Part shown: piece by piece, positions 1 to 9,662 of the stretch
Layout of the letters: each line of letters begins with the position of its first letter
Position numbering within the stretch: position 1 is the first letter of the stretch
Origin: Parcubacteria group bacterium
GTDB taxonomy: Bacteria; Patescibacteriota; Minisyncoccia; Phycocordibacterales; UBA2100
Length of the DNA: 64,000 bases
Assembly: GCA_943358385.1 (NCBI GenBank)
Contig: CALRGX010000001.1
Coordinates: forward strand, 2,380 to 66,379
Direction: 5' to 3'
Position numbers and translations under genes: made by a program
Notes under the pieces: model-generated
The model's input: the letters and a program-made list of their open reading frames with translations, nothing else
The model's database searches: none
Told to the model about the DNA's origin: nothing

Positions 1-244
1 CCTCTTTTGCATCCTCATCACCAAGTTCGGCAAGAATCTTCAGCGCGGCTTCTTGCATGTTGCGCAGAGTGTCGGCAGCGTCCAGTTCGGCAAGGCCGAA
101 CTCAAGAAAGGTAACCATGAGGCGGCCGCGTATTTCTTCGGGCAGTGTGGGAAGTGCATCCAAAAGGGCCTGGCGCCCTGCTGCGTCGTCATTTTTCGCC
201 AGGCAGTCGCGCAGAGTTTGTTCGAGTTTGAGTACAGTATCCAT
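1..244 (-). CDS. Hypothetical helical protein, 3' end cut off by the window edge
   Basis: Open frame from ATG at 244 (MDTVLKLEQTLRDCLAKNDDAAGRQALL...) to the edge; starts 2 nt after the stop of the upstream gene. Confidence 0.65.
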   Translation of the reverse strand, partial: MDTVLKLEQTLRDCLAKNDDAAGRQALLDALPTLPEEIRGRLMVTFLEFGLAELDAADTLRNMQEAALKILAELGDEDAKE

Positions 245-246
245 AG

Positions 247-1428
247 TTATGTCAGTTTGGCATGAAGAGCGGCTTTGCGAGGCGCAAAGAAGTTGTCAAA
301 AATTCTGCCCCAAAACCCTTGCCCACCCTTTTTGCGTCGGTTTTCTTCGTTTGCAAACCATGTGTTACGCACCAGGTCAGGATCAGGTGCGGTCGCGAAA
401 TCGGTAAAGCTTAAACTCTTAGCAACAGCATCCTTCTCAGTAGCCCAGCGCGCCACCAGCACATCGTCGCTTTCGGCGTGCAGTTCTGGAATACTTCCGA
501 TCGGCGCCTGGGCCTCAAACGCTGGGTCTGTCTGCCCTTCCTCAGGAGTTTTCCCCGCTGCAACATTCTGGATTGAAAGGAGGAATTCTGGGCGGTGCTC
601 AAGAGTATTCGAGAGGAATGTTCCCAGCTGGTTGCGTGTTTCATCCATAGATTCTTGCATCTCGTGAATAGCGTTGACCGTTCTATCGATGCTACGGTTT
701 GCGCTCCCGGTCCATGTGCGAATGTAGCCCACCTGCTTTTTGATATATGCACGACGCTTAATCTCTGCTTCTGGATCAGTGGTGTCAAAAAGTGGGGCCA
801 AGGTTGATGCGCTCACATCATATTTGCTGCATACCTTGGCGAGTTTTGCTTCCACTGCTTTATACTCGCGCGATGTTTTCTTAATTTCCAATGTTTTGAG
901 ACGCTGTAGCATGGTGACCACCTGCGCTACCGAAGTGCCGTCCTCGCACGCCATGCGCTTAACAGTGAGCCGCAGTAATGCTCCCGCTTCCGCGCGAGGC
1001 GCTGAATCCATGGCAGCGATAAACAGCCCTGCTGCCCCAGCAGATCCTGCGGACGTCCCCGCAGACTCCATGGCTGACATAATTTTCCCAACATCTTCGT
1101 CGGACAGTTTCGCTGTTACTCCTTCAGCAAGAGACATGCGTTCATTGAATTTTTGCACATATTCGCCCTGTGCGGTGATGTCGTCGGCAGTCGGTGCTAC
1201 GCTACTATCCAACATGCGGGTCATTGCGGTCGCCCCTACAGACGGGTAGTTGTTTTCTAGAAAGTGACCAAATAAAACACTTTCCTCGGGGTGGCGCAAA
1301 ATTTCGCCCAGGTCTTTTCGACGTTCTGAAAGCATGCGCGCGTCCGTGGGGTCGAGGCCCAACCCTGCGGCATAGGTACTGCGGCGGTCGACTTCGCGGC
1401 GCTTTTTGGCGAACAGTTCCATGCTCAT
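247..1428 (-). CDS. Hypothetical protein, 393 aa, mostly helical
   Basis: Long ORF; TGnTACACT -10 box 6 nt before the ATG. Confidence 0.8.
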   Translation of the reverse strand: MSMELFAKKRREVDRRSTYAAGLGLDPTDARMLSERRKDLGEILRHPEESVLFGHFLENNYPSVGATAMTRMLDSSVAPTADDITAQGEYVQKFNERMSLAEGVTAKLSDEDVGKIMSAMESAGTSAGSAGAAGLFIAAMDSAPRAEAGALLRLTVKRMACEDGTSVAQVVTMLQRLKTLEIKKTSREYKAVEAKLAKVCSKYDVSASTLAPLFDTTDPEAEIKRRAYIKKQVGYIRTWTGSANRSIDRTVNAIHEMQESMDETRNQLGTFLSNTLEHRPEFLLSIQNVAAGKTPEEGQTDPAFEAQAPIGSIPELHAESDDVLVARWATEKDAVAKSLSFTDFATAPDPDLVRNTWFANEENRRKKGGQGFWGRIFDNFFAPRKAALHAKLT

Positions 1429-1490
1429 GCGGGCAGTGTATCATGCGGGAGAATAAGAAGCCGCTCGCGGTGCGAGCGGCTTTAAGGCAA

Positions 1491-1925
1491 TTACAAATCT
1501 TGAATCCGGTCTCTTTCTGCCTGAAATACGCGGCGGCGAAGCTCGCTTGTTGAATATCCGTGGTCGCGAGTGTTGAAATGAACGGGAATCGACAGATCGT
1601 GTCCTGTGTACTGCTTCCCCTTCCAATCAGCACCAATAATGCGCACGTGTATGACTGAAAGATGCATTTGCAGGAGTGCGTAGAGGTCTTTTTCCGTGTG
1701 GTACACCACTACTTCATCTACATAGCGAATGCCGCGCATAACAGTGAACCGCTCCTCCAAAGTCATGATGGGCTTATTTTTGGTGGAGCGGTCGAGTGTC
1801 GGGTCTGACTGTAGTCCTACAATGAGATGTTCGCACACCTGTTTGCATTCTTCGAACATAAGAAAGTGGCCTGCGTGACATAGATCAAAAGTCCCGCAGG
1901 TAAAGCCAGTCTTGTACGGCGCCAT
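1491..1925 (-). CDS. Cytidylyltransferase, TagD/RfaE-II-like HIGH-superfamily nucleotidyltransferase
   Basis: GTFDLCHAGH motif and STSELR motif; start set at MAPYK after a GGAG RBS. Confidence 0.85.
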   Translation of the reverse strand: MAPYKTGFTCGTFDLCHAGHFLMFEECKQVCEHLIVGLQSDPTLDRSTKNKPIMTLEERFTVMRGIRYVDEVVVYHTEKDLYALLQMHLSVIHVRIIGADWKGKQYTGHDLSIPVHFNTRDHGYSTSELRRRVFQAERDRIQDL

Positions 1926-1987
1926 AGCAGTCTCCTGTGCATGTCTCTTTGAGGACCATAGCAGAAAGATGGGTGGATGTGAATCGG

Positions 1988-2716
1988 CTACAGCCTGCGG
2001 TATAGCGCCTGGAAAATAACGCGCTGGAACGAGGCGAGCGTGTCGTTTTCGATAATGACGCATTCTTGGGTGTTTAGGTCGATAAAAGCAATGCGTGACC
2101 CATACACTAATTGAATAGCGTTTTGTCGGAATTGCTCACGCTCCCCTCCCAAAAACTTTATGAAACGTTCGAGTCTGGGTCGCTTGCGCTTCCCTGATTC
2201 TGGGTTGCTGATGACCTGTCGCTCGAGTCGCTTTTGGTCGCGCAAATGGCGGTACTTTTCAGGAAGGTACGCATTCACCTCGTCGAGGTCACATTCTGAG
2301 GTGTATCGATAAAAAGTGTCACCTCGCGCAGTGTGCGTCGTCACGTCTTCAAACACGGTGGCAATGCCAGCTGGCCCAGAAAGATGGTGAATGGTGGATG
2401 GGGTGGCGTGCGTGTTTTTGTTGTCGCTTACATCCCGGACCATCTCCGCAACTTCGGCGAATGCCTGCACTAATGAGTGAACTCCTTTGCTTCGAATGAG
2501 TGCGCGCTTTCCCGCTGCGTTGGTGGTGAAAACTATGCCAAGAGTGGAGAGTGCGCGTACTGAGCGGTATGCGGCAGGTCGGTGCACTTTTGCTTTGCGC
2601 ACCAGCTCACTCATATGCATCCCCCCGCTTTTTTCGAGTGCAACGAGAATCTGAGCGCTGCCCTTGGGAAGACCAAGGCGCATACACAAGACCCCAAGAG
2701 GTAGCTTTTTGGTCAT
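1988..2716 (-). CDS. TrmB-like transcriptional regulator
   Basis: N-terminal wHTH (SELVRKAKVHRPAAYRSVRAL) and C-terminal effector domain (IQLVYGSRIAFIDL). Confidence 0.75.
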   Translation of the reverse strand: MTKKLPLGVLCMRLGLPKGSAQILVALEKSGGMHMSELVRKAKVHRPAAYRSVRALSTLGIVFTTNAAGKRALIRSKGVHSLVQAFAEVAEMVRDVSDNKNTHATPSTIHHLSGPAGIATVFEDVTTHTARGDTFYRYTSECDLDEVNAYLPEKYRHLRDQKRLERQVISNPESGKRKRPRLERFIKFLGGEREQFRQNAIQLVYGSRIAFIDLNTQECVIIENDTLASFQRVIFQALYRRL

Positions 2717-2818
2717 GATTCAATTGTACACTAAATAGTACAAAAATTAACGCATGCGTGCGACGAAAGCGTCCCCGATATAAGATGCCGGCAGTGCTCT
2801 TTAACAGAAAGGTGTCCC

Positions 2819-3820
2819 ATGCACAAAGATGATTCGACCTACGCCAGCCCATTTGTGGTGGTATCCACTCCACACATGCACGAAATGGCAGCGCGCTGTT
2901 GCGCTCATATCACCGGAAAGCATGGGGTAACGTTCCCCCATCATCGCGTCGAGTACAAAGTGTTTGCAAGTGGGGAGGTGTTGCCGCTCATTCCAGAAAC
3001 AGTACGTAGGCAGCATGTATTTCTCTTCCACGCGCTTCAGCACCCGACTCCAAATGATGCGCTCATGCGGATGCTCGTTTTGAACGACGCACTAGCACGC
3101 GCGTCGGTTCATGGCATCACCTTGGTGACGCCATTCATGTCGTATTTGCGGCAAGACCGTAAACACAAAAAACGCATGCCCATTTCCGGTAGAATGATTG
3201 CCGATCTTATTGAGTCAAATCGACAGGCTGAGCGAGTAATCACGGCAGATATGCACGCTGACCAAGCGCAAGGTTTCTTTACGATCCCTGTCGACAACCT
3301 GACCTGCTTTGGGTTGCTCGCTGATCATTGCCGGGAAAAACTCGGCGGCGACGTGTCTAATGTGGTGGTTGTGTCGCCAGATTTTGGTGGTGCGGTGCGT
3401 GCTCGCTCGCTTGCCAAACGTTTGCGCGTGCCGGTCGCCATTTTCGAGAAGCGGCGGGACGAAGACGGTGTCGCCGAAGTAGATATGCTGATTGGCGAAT
3501 CAATCGTCGAGAAACGCGTCATCATTTGCGACGACATCATTGACACGGGAGGAACTATGCGTGCCACGGTGAAAGAGTTACTTGCGCGTGGTGCAAAGGA
3601 AATAGAAGTGTGGACGACGCACGCGATTCTCAGTGGCAATGCAGCTCAGCTGTTTGCTGATGGAGGATATCGTATCACCTGCACCGACTCAATCCCCCGT
3701 AGTCAGTCTTATTGTGAAAAGAACGCTTCGTGGCTGACCGTTGTTTCAATGGACGTGCTTCTCGCTGAAGCAGTGTATGAAGCGTCGCTCGTTGGCGGTA
3801 GTGTTAGCAAACTCTTCTAA
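2819..3820 (+). CDS. prs: Ribose-phosphate pyrophosphokinase
   Basis: FASGE, YLRQDRK, DMHADQ, VSPDFGG, DDIIDTGGT motifs. Confidence 0.95.
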   Translation: MHKDDSTYASPFVVVSTPHMHEMAARCCAHITGKHGVTFPHHRVEYKVFASGEVLPLIPETVRRQHVFLFHALQHPTPNDALMRMLVLNDALARASVHGITLVTPFMSYLRQDRKHKKRMPISGRMIADLIESNRQAERVITADMHADQAQGFFTIPVDNLTCFGLLADHCREKLGGDVSNVVVVSPDFGGAVRARSLAKRLRVPVAIFEKRRDEDGVAEVDMLIGESIVEKRVIICDDIIDTGGTMRATVKELLARGAKEIEVWTTHAILSGNAAQLFADGGYRITCTDSIPRSQSYCEKNASWLTVVSMDVLLAEAVYEASLVGGSVSKLF

Positions 3821-3832
3821 CAGGAGATCAGA

Positions 3833-4354
3833 ATGGACTTGAAGCAATATATCGCTCGTATCGAAAACTTTCCGAAGCTCGGCATCGTGTTTCGCGATAT
3901 CACCCCGCTCCTAACACACCCAAAAGCATTCACGCATGCGATTGGCGTTATCGTGAGGAAGTGGGCCGGGTCAGCGGATGCGGTTGCAGCACTGGATGCC
4001 CGGGGTTTTCTTTTTGGATCCCCCGTTGCACTCGCTCTCAATCTGCCGCTCATCATGATTCGAAAGAAAGGCAAGTTGCCTGGCAAAGTGCTCTCGCATA
4101 CCTACGCATTGGAATACGGAGAAGACACGATTGAGATGAAACCCGATGTTGTAGCAAAGGGTATGCGCGTACTGATTGTTGATGACCTGCTTGCAACGGG
4201 TGGTACTGCCGTGGCTGCGTGCTCGCTTATCCAAAAAGCGGGAGGCATCGTAGCGGGCTGTGCATTTGTTGCTGAGTTAGATCATCTGTATGGTCGCGCA
4301 AAACTTTCACCACACCCTGTGCAATCATTGGTTGTATATAGTGGAGAAGAGTGA
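3833..4354 (+). CDS. apt: Adenine phosphoribosyltransferase
   Basis: FRDITPLL, ARGFLFG, RKKGKLPG, LEYG, VDDLLATGGT. Confidence 0.96.
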   Translation: MDLKQYIARIENFPKLGIVFRDITPLLTHPKAFTHAIGVIVRKWAGSADAVAALDARGFLFGSPVALALNLPLIMIRKKGKLPGKVLSHTYALEYGEDTIEMKPDVVAKGMRVLIVDDLLATGGTAVAACSLIQKAGGIVAGCAFVAELDHLYGRAKLSPHPVQSLVVYSGEE

Positions 4355-4761
4355 TGCCGATGCAGAAAATTCGTTGCGCGGACATGGTGGTGTGCTTAGG
4401 TGAAACGCTCGTCTTGATTGAGCGGCTGTCTCATCCGTTAGGCATCGCACTTCCTGGTGGAAAATGCGAACCCGAGGAAACCCCGACGCAGACCATACGT
4501 CGTGAGCTCATCGAAGAGACGGGACTCACGGCACGCATCGAAGGTATGGTTGGTGTCTTTGATGCCGAGGGTCGAGATCCTCGTGGTCCCTACGCGACAG
4601 AGGTGTACTACGGGAGTGCACACGGCGTGGTGTCGGCAGAGCCGAATAGGACGCGCGTCGTCTTGATGCCGATCGATAGTGTGAAACACGAACGTTCGCG
4701 TTTCGTGCTCGACCACTACAGCATCATCGAAGCATATCTAAAGCTCGTGAAACGCTTGTAA
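4351..4761 (+). CDS. Nudix hydrolase (ADP-ribose pyrophosphatase-like)
   Basis: Nudix box GGKCEPEETPTQTIRRELIEETG; RDPRG and DH motifs. Confidence 0.85.
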   Translation: MMPMQKIRCADMVVCLGETLVLIERLSHPLGIALPGGKCEPEETPTQTIRRELIEETGLTARIEGMVGVFDAEGRDPRGPYATEVYYGSAHGVVSAEPNRTRVVLMPIDSVKHERSRFVLDHYSIIEAYLKLVKRL

Positions 4762-4775
4762 TGAGCCAAAAAATA

Positions 4776-4804
4776 GAACCCCGGCACCTGGTGCCGGGGT
4801 TCTC
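4776..4804 (+). terminator. Intrinsic terminator-like hairpin
   Basis: GAACCCCGGCAC-CTG-GTGCCGGGGTTC after the Nudix stop. Confidence 0.7.
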
Positions 4805-4878
4805 TTATACGATTGCACCTGACGCATGCGTTGATATAGTGCTGCCAGTCTTGTTCGTTATCTTAGGAAGGAAAAGAC

Positions 4879-6279
4879 ATGAACACGCTCAAAGCCCTCT
4901 CTCCCTTGGATGGACGTTACCGTAAATTTGGATCAGTGCTTGCCACTCATTTCAGCGAGCAGGCACTCATCACCAATAGAATCGTCGTGATGGTTGAATG
5001 GTTGCGGTTCCTTGCCGCTGACAGTCGGTTTCCAGTGCGATCAATAACGGGGCGTGAAGATCTTAAGCTCGAGGAAATGATCAGTGGCATACGCAATGAC
5101 GACGATGCGCGCATCATCAAAGATATAGAGACAAAAGGGTGGGGCGATCATCCTCGCACGAATCACGATGTGAAAGCGTGCGAGTTATACATCCGCCATT
5201 GTCTGACTGAGATGGGCGCCACGGACCTGGTTGAGTGGGTGCACTTCGGCAGGACATCAGAAGACGTAAACAATATCGCGTATGCGCTGATGTTGGCGGG
5301 TGCGCTGGATGAAGTAATGGTGCCGAGTCTCGAAAAGATTCGTGCTACATTGTCTCGCTTTGCAGAGCAGTACGCACACCTCCCGATGCTTTCACGCACG
5401 CATGGACAACCGGCCACACCCACGACGCTGGGTAAAGAGTTTGCAGTGTTTGCGACGAGGCTGGCCAAACAAATTGTTCAACTTGAAAAAGTGAGCATCC
5501 TCGTGAAGAGCAATGGTGCTAGTGGAAACTATGCGGCCGAGCACGTTGCATTCCCAGAGGTTGATTGGCAAGAAGTATCACAAGCGTTTTGTGCACGAGT
5601 GGGGCTGCAGGCAATGTGGAACGTTGAGGCAAATGTTGTCACCACACAGATTGAGCCGCACGACACCTACGCAGAACTTTTTGCACCACTTATGAGAGCG
5701 AACACAATTCTCATCGATATGTGCCAAGACCTTTGGCGCTACATCAGTGATGATTGGATCGTGCAACGCGCTGAAAGAGGGGAAACAGGATCTTCGACCA
5801 TGCCTCACAAAGTGAACCCTATCAACTTTGAAAACGGAGAAGGCAATCTGGGAGTAGCGAATGCGCTCTTGGAATTCTTCTGCAGGAAGCTCCCTATCTC
5901 GCGTTTGCAGCGTGATCTGTCAGACTCGACGGTCGAGAGAAACTTTGGCAGTGCGTTTGGGTACGCGTATGTTGCGTATGAAAACATCTCCACAGGTTTG
6001 GGTAAAATTGTGGCAAACGAAGACCTGGTACGCGAGGCTCTGCGCAATCACCCTGAGGTCATCACCGAGGCATATCAAACGATACTGCGTAGTGTTGGCT
6101 ATCCCGACCCGTATGGTGCACTGAAGCAGATTTCACGCGGTGCGAAGATGATGTTGCCGAACCTGCACGCATTTGTGCTCGCACTTGATCCTGCTTTGGT
6201 TGACGATGCCACGAAAGCACGGATGCTCGCGATAACGCCGGAAAACTACATTGGCCTCGCGCCGCATCTCGTGGGATAA
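4879..6279 (+). CDS. purB: Adenylosuccinate lyase
   Basis: SPLDGRY, TNHDVKA, RTHGQPATPTT, GSSTMPHKVNPINFEN, SRLQRDLSDS. Confidence 0.96.
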   Translation: MNTLKALSPLDGRYRKFGSVLATHFSEQALITNRIVVMVEWLRFLAADSRFPVRSITGREDLKLEEMISGIRNDDDARIIKDIETKGWGDHPRTNHDVKACELYIRHCLTEMGATDLVEWVHFGRTSEDVNNIAYALMLAGALDEVMVPSLEKIRATLSRFAEQYAHLPMLSRTHGQPATPTTLGKEFAVFATRLAKQIVQLEKVSILVKSNGASGNYAAEHVAFPEVDWQEVSQAFCARVGLQAMWNVEANVVTTQIEPHDTYAELFAPLMRANTILIDMCQDLWRYISDDWIVQRAERGETGSSTMPHKVNPINFENGEGNLGVANALLEFFCRKLPISRLQRDLSDSTVERNFGSAFGYAYVAYENISTGLGKIVANEDLVREALRNHPEVITEAYQTILRSVGYPDPYGALKQISRGAKMMLPNLHAFVLALDPALVDDATKARMLAITPENYIGLAPHLVG

Positions 6280-6329
6280 GGCACTTGAATTTTTGAACCT
6301 CGGCACTCAGTGCCGGGGTTTTCTACACA

Positions 6330-7853
6330 TCAGTCTCGCTGTCGATATTGCAGCGCTTCGAGCATGTGCTCAGGTTCGATAATGTCTGCGTCAACCAGAT
6401 CTGCAATGGTGCGGGCAAGTTTAATGGTGCGATGATAGCCGCGCGAAGATAAGTGCAACTTACGTGTGGCATCCACCAATACCTGTTCGGCCCTAGATGA
6501 CAGGTGCGCAAAAGTTTCAATGTCTCGCGCTTTCATAGAAGCATTGGTGGTGGTGTGTTTTACGGATGCAAAACGATTCTGTTGCACTATGCGTGCATTT
6601 TGCACACGCGTGCGTGCGGAGGCTGTTTCATGCGAGGTGTGCTTTTTTGTGTGCACTGACAGTGCTTCAGGTGCGATTTCACCGACGTGGACCCACATAT
6701 CAATACGATCAGCAATGGGTCCAGAAATTTTCTTGCGGTACTTTTCAATCGCCACCGGGAGACAGGTGCAGCGGTTGGAACCTGCAAACCCGCACGGGCA
6801 CGGGTTAAGTGCGGCGACCAACATAAAGCGTGCAGGAAAAACATGCGAAGCGCGAGCGCGCGACACTGAAACCACCTTGTCTTCGAGTGGCTCACGCAAT
6901 GCGTTGATGACATCACGATGGAACTCAGGAAATTCATCGAGAAACAGAACACCGCGATGAGCGAGCGTTACTTCCCCTGGGCGTGGGATGGCGCCGCCGC
7001 CAATGATGGAAGCGTAAGAAGAAGTGTGGTGCGGTGATCGAAACGGTGCCTCGCGGTGGATAGTGCCGTGAAGTGTTCCCGCCACCGAGTGAATAGTGGT
7101 CACTTCCAGCATGTCGTCGTGAGTGAGGGGCGGCAATATCGACGCAAGAGCTCGAGCGAGCATGGTCTTCCCTGTTCCAGGGGGACCATAGAAAGCGATG
7201 TTGTGCTCACCTGCTGCAGCAATTTCGAGCGCGCGTTTCGCTCCTTCTTGTCCGCGTATTTCATCCAATAGTGCAAACTGCTCGGTCGGTCTCTCAAGTT
7301 TTCGGCGGGTTCTTTCTGGGAGAGTGTGTTCTGTGGCTTTGGTGAGATGAAGGATTACCTCAAGTAGTGTTGTGGCTGGTCGCACTATCAAGCCGTCTAC
7401 GAGCGCAGCTTCATCCGCATTTCCCTCGGGAACAATCATTTCTCTAAACCCTGCTTTTTTCGCAGCTTGAGCAAGAGACAGTGCGCCGGCAATAGTGCGT
7501 AGACTCCCGTCGAGCGCGAGCTCTCCGGCGAATAGAATTCCCTCTGGCTTAAATGCTATTTCCTCAGCGGCAAGAAGGTACGTTAACGCCATGGGTAAGT
7601 CGAATGACGCACCTTCTTTTTTTAGAGCGGCCGGGGCAAGCGAAATAACAATTTTCAAGTTGCTGTGTTTTGGTGACTTGAAGCCACTGTTTTTGATAGC
7701 GGAAGCCACACGATCGCGCGATTCCTCGACTGCCTTGTCAGGCAGACCGACTACATTAAATTGATGTAGTCCTTTTCCGACGTCAGCTTCGACGTGCACG
7801 ATGTGTGCAACGGGGAGAGCGGGCTGGGCGCCGAAGACTCGCGCAAAACTCAT
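6330..7853 (-). CDS. comM: ComM/YifB Mg-chelatase-like AAA+ ATPase
   Basis: VGLPDKAVEESR, GELALDG, GPPGTGKT, FRSPHH, LFLDEFPEF, NPCPCG. Confidence 0.92.
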   Translation of the reverse strand: MSFARVFGAQPALPVAHIVHVEADVGKGLHQFNVVGLPDKAVEESRDRVASAIKNSGFKSPKHSNLKIVISLAPAALKKEGASFDLPMALTYLLAAEEIAFKPEGILFAGELALDGSLRTIAGALSLAQAAKKAGFREMIVPEGNADEAALVDGLIVRPATTLLEVILHLTKATEHTLPERTRRKLERPTEQFALLDEIRGQEGAKRALEIAAAGEHNIAFYGPPGTGKTMLARALASILPPLTHDDMLEVTTIHSVAGTLHGTIHREAPFRSPHHTSSYASIIGGGAIPRPGEVTLAHRGVLFLDEFPEFHRDVINALREPLEDKVVSVSRARASHVFPARFMLVAALNPCPCGFAGSNRCTCLPVAIEKYRKKISGPIADRIDMWVHVGEIAPEALSVHTKKHTSHETASARTRVQNARIVQQNRFASVKHTTTNASMKARDIETFAHLSSRAEQVLVDATRKLHLSSRGYHRTIKLARTIADLVDADIIEPEHMLEALQYRQRD

Positions 7854-7960
7854 GGCGTAAGTCTACAAGCATGTCGCCCGCTTCCCCACGTGGAGACATA
7901 TTCGCAGGGGAAAACAAATCACCTCATCACGTGAGGTGATTTGTTACCCATGTGCCAACC

Positions 7961-8311
7961 TCACGCGGCGTGCTCGACGCAGGTGCGTGCGGCCGGGTTT
8001 GCGGCGAGGCGTTCTTCGGAAATTTCCTCACCACCAACTTCACACATGCCGTAGCTCCCTTCTTCAATTTTCTGGAGCGCGTGGAGAACATTTTTGTAGC
8101 GTGCTTCCAACTCTTCGACGATTGCACTGTTGGTGCCGAGCTCTTCCATGGTGTCTGCGGCGACATTCACATCCGCGCCCTCTGAGCTGTTCGCGATAGC
8201 GCTCCCCGTCCAATTGCCTGTCTCGGCATTAAAGCGGCCGTGCTCAGCCAGCTCTGCTTCTAAAGTGACTTTTTCAGTCTGAAGTTTTTCTTTCATGAGT
8301 GTGGTATTCAT
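7961..8311 (-). CDS. DksA/TraR family protein with atypical Zn finger (CxxG...CxxH)
   Basis: ALQKIEEGSYGMCEVGGEEISEERLAANPAARTC; start at MNTT after a TGnTATCAT -10 box. Confidence 0.85.
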   Translation of the reverse strand: MNTTLMKEKLQTEKVTLEAELAEHGRFNAETGNWTGSAIANSSEGADVNVAADTMEELGTNSAIVEELEARYKNVLHALQKIEEGSYGMCEVGGEEISEERLAANPAARTCVEHAA

Positions 8312-8351
8312 GTCGCTATGATACCAACTACCCCTGTTGATGCAAATCTGC

Positions 8352-9662
8352 TCAGAGGCGACGCTCCGCACGCAAACGGGCGAGGATCTCCACGAATGAA
8401 TTGGGGCTTTCTGCAAAAATGAGGATGTCGCGAGTGGGAAATGCATACAAAAAGCGGACAGTGCCTCGTGCGTCGCGTAGGATGCGCACGTCGTAGTTTT
8501 GTACAATAACATCTTCAAACGCACGAGGAACACTCTTTCCTTCCGGGTTGGTTATCTGTGCGGGGATAGCGGTAAAAATGGGGGCGAGCTCGTCATTGAT
8601 GCTCTTTTCCCACTCAATCATCCCGGCAAATGCTCGCTCGTACACCAGTACGGGAACCACGAGTATGGGCACGTTTTCATCAAGTGCGTGCACGCCAAAG
8701 AAGAACTCATCCGAGAGAGCACGCACAAGGCTTTCAGGTGGTACTGCGCCGATGGAACGCATAAACTCCTCTGTGGTTGCCGGCCGCTGCACTGACTCAC
8801 CCAGTTCATTAGGTGTTGATATTAAAGGTGCAATGCGTGCGATGGCACCCAGAGTGAGGGCGACCTGTGTCCGTGCAAGAGCAAGCTGCTGGCGCGCTTC
8901 GCTGGCCAAACGCCCCTGTAACAAAGGAAATGCAAGCGTTTGCTCAGAGAACATAATAGAAGGGAGCGGTGGCGGTGTGTTGGTCTGCCGCTGCCCTGCG
9001 ACGAAAAACATGGCAGTCAGGGCAAGTACCCCTAAAAACACAAACGTGAGCGCAAAGATGACAACGCGGGCGATGGGTTTGCGGTCGCTCTTATGTGCAG
9101 GAGCCGGAGCGACATTATCGCGCTTCTGGCGCTTTTCCTCTTCCAGGGCCGTTGCTTTGATGAGCGACATTTTGTTGTCGTCTACCAAGCCTTGCAAGTC
9201 GTCCTTCAGGGTATGCAGTGCACGCATGTCGAACGGCTTTTCATCTACAGCGTTTAGAAGAGAGACCTCTTCTGCAGAAGGCATAACGTTCACCATCCCT
9301 GCTTTTTCTTTTTCACCCAAGGGCGTCGCACGTAGCTTTCGTTCGTGTGGTTCAGCGTCAAGTTTGGCTTTCACTTCTTCATGCTTCGCTGCGTTGTCTT
9401 TAGCATCGCGCGGGGCAAATACATTTTCGAATTGTGGCTGTACGGCTGGTTTATCAGGAGCATTTGGGCGAGCGGGGAGCTTAATTTCCTCGAGGATGCG
9501 CGCAACATCCTCGTTGAGGTTGCCGCTGTTTTCTGCCAGCTCATCAACGGCTGGTAGGGTGGGAATAGTGGGGAATGTCTGTGAGAACTTAGGTACTGGC
9601 GCTGCACTAGACTCGGTCGCCTGGGCTGCTGTTTTCTCGCTTTGGTTGTTCTCCTCGGGCAT
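8352..9662 (-). CDS. Hypothetical single-pass membrane protein
   Basis: 436-aa ORF with a low-complexity N-terminus and central TM helix; 5' end overlaps the end of pnp. Confidence 0.8.
   Translation of the reverse strand: MPEENNQSEKTAAQATESSAAPVPKFSQTFPTIPTLPAVDELAENSGNLNEDVARILEEIKLPARPNAPDKPAVQPQFENVFAPRDAKDNAAKHEEVKAKLDAEPHERKLRATPLGEKEKAGMVNVMPSAEEVSLLNAVDEKPFDMRALHTLKDDLQGLVDDNKMSLIKATALEEEKRQKRDNVAPAPAHKSDRKPIARVVIFALTFVFLGVLALTAMFFVAGQRQTNTPPPLPSIMFSEQTLAFPLLQGRLASEARQQLALARTQVALTLGAIARIAPLISTPNELGESVQRPATTEEFMRSIGAVPPESLVRALSDEFFFGVHALDENVPILVVPVLVYERAFAGMIEWEKSINDELAPIFTAIPAQITNPEGKSVPRAFEDVIVQNYDVRILRDARGTVRFLYAFPTRDILIFAESPNSFVEILARLRAERRL

Noticed and set aside
9607-9662. 56-nt overlap of pnp with the next gene as a frameshift
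   Set aside because: The S1 domain is complete before the overlap and no slippery site is evident; a variable tail suffices
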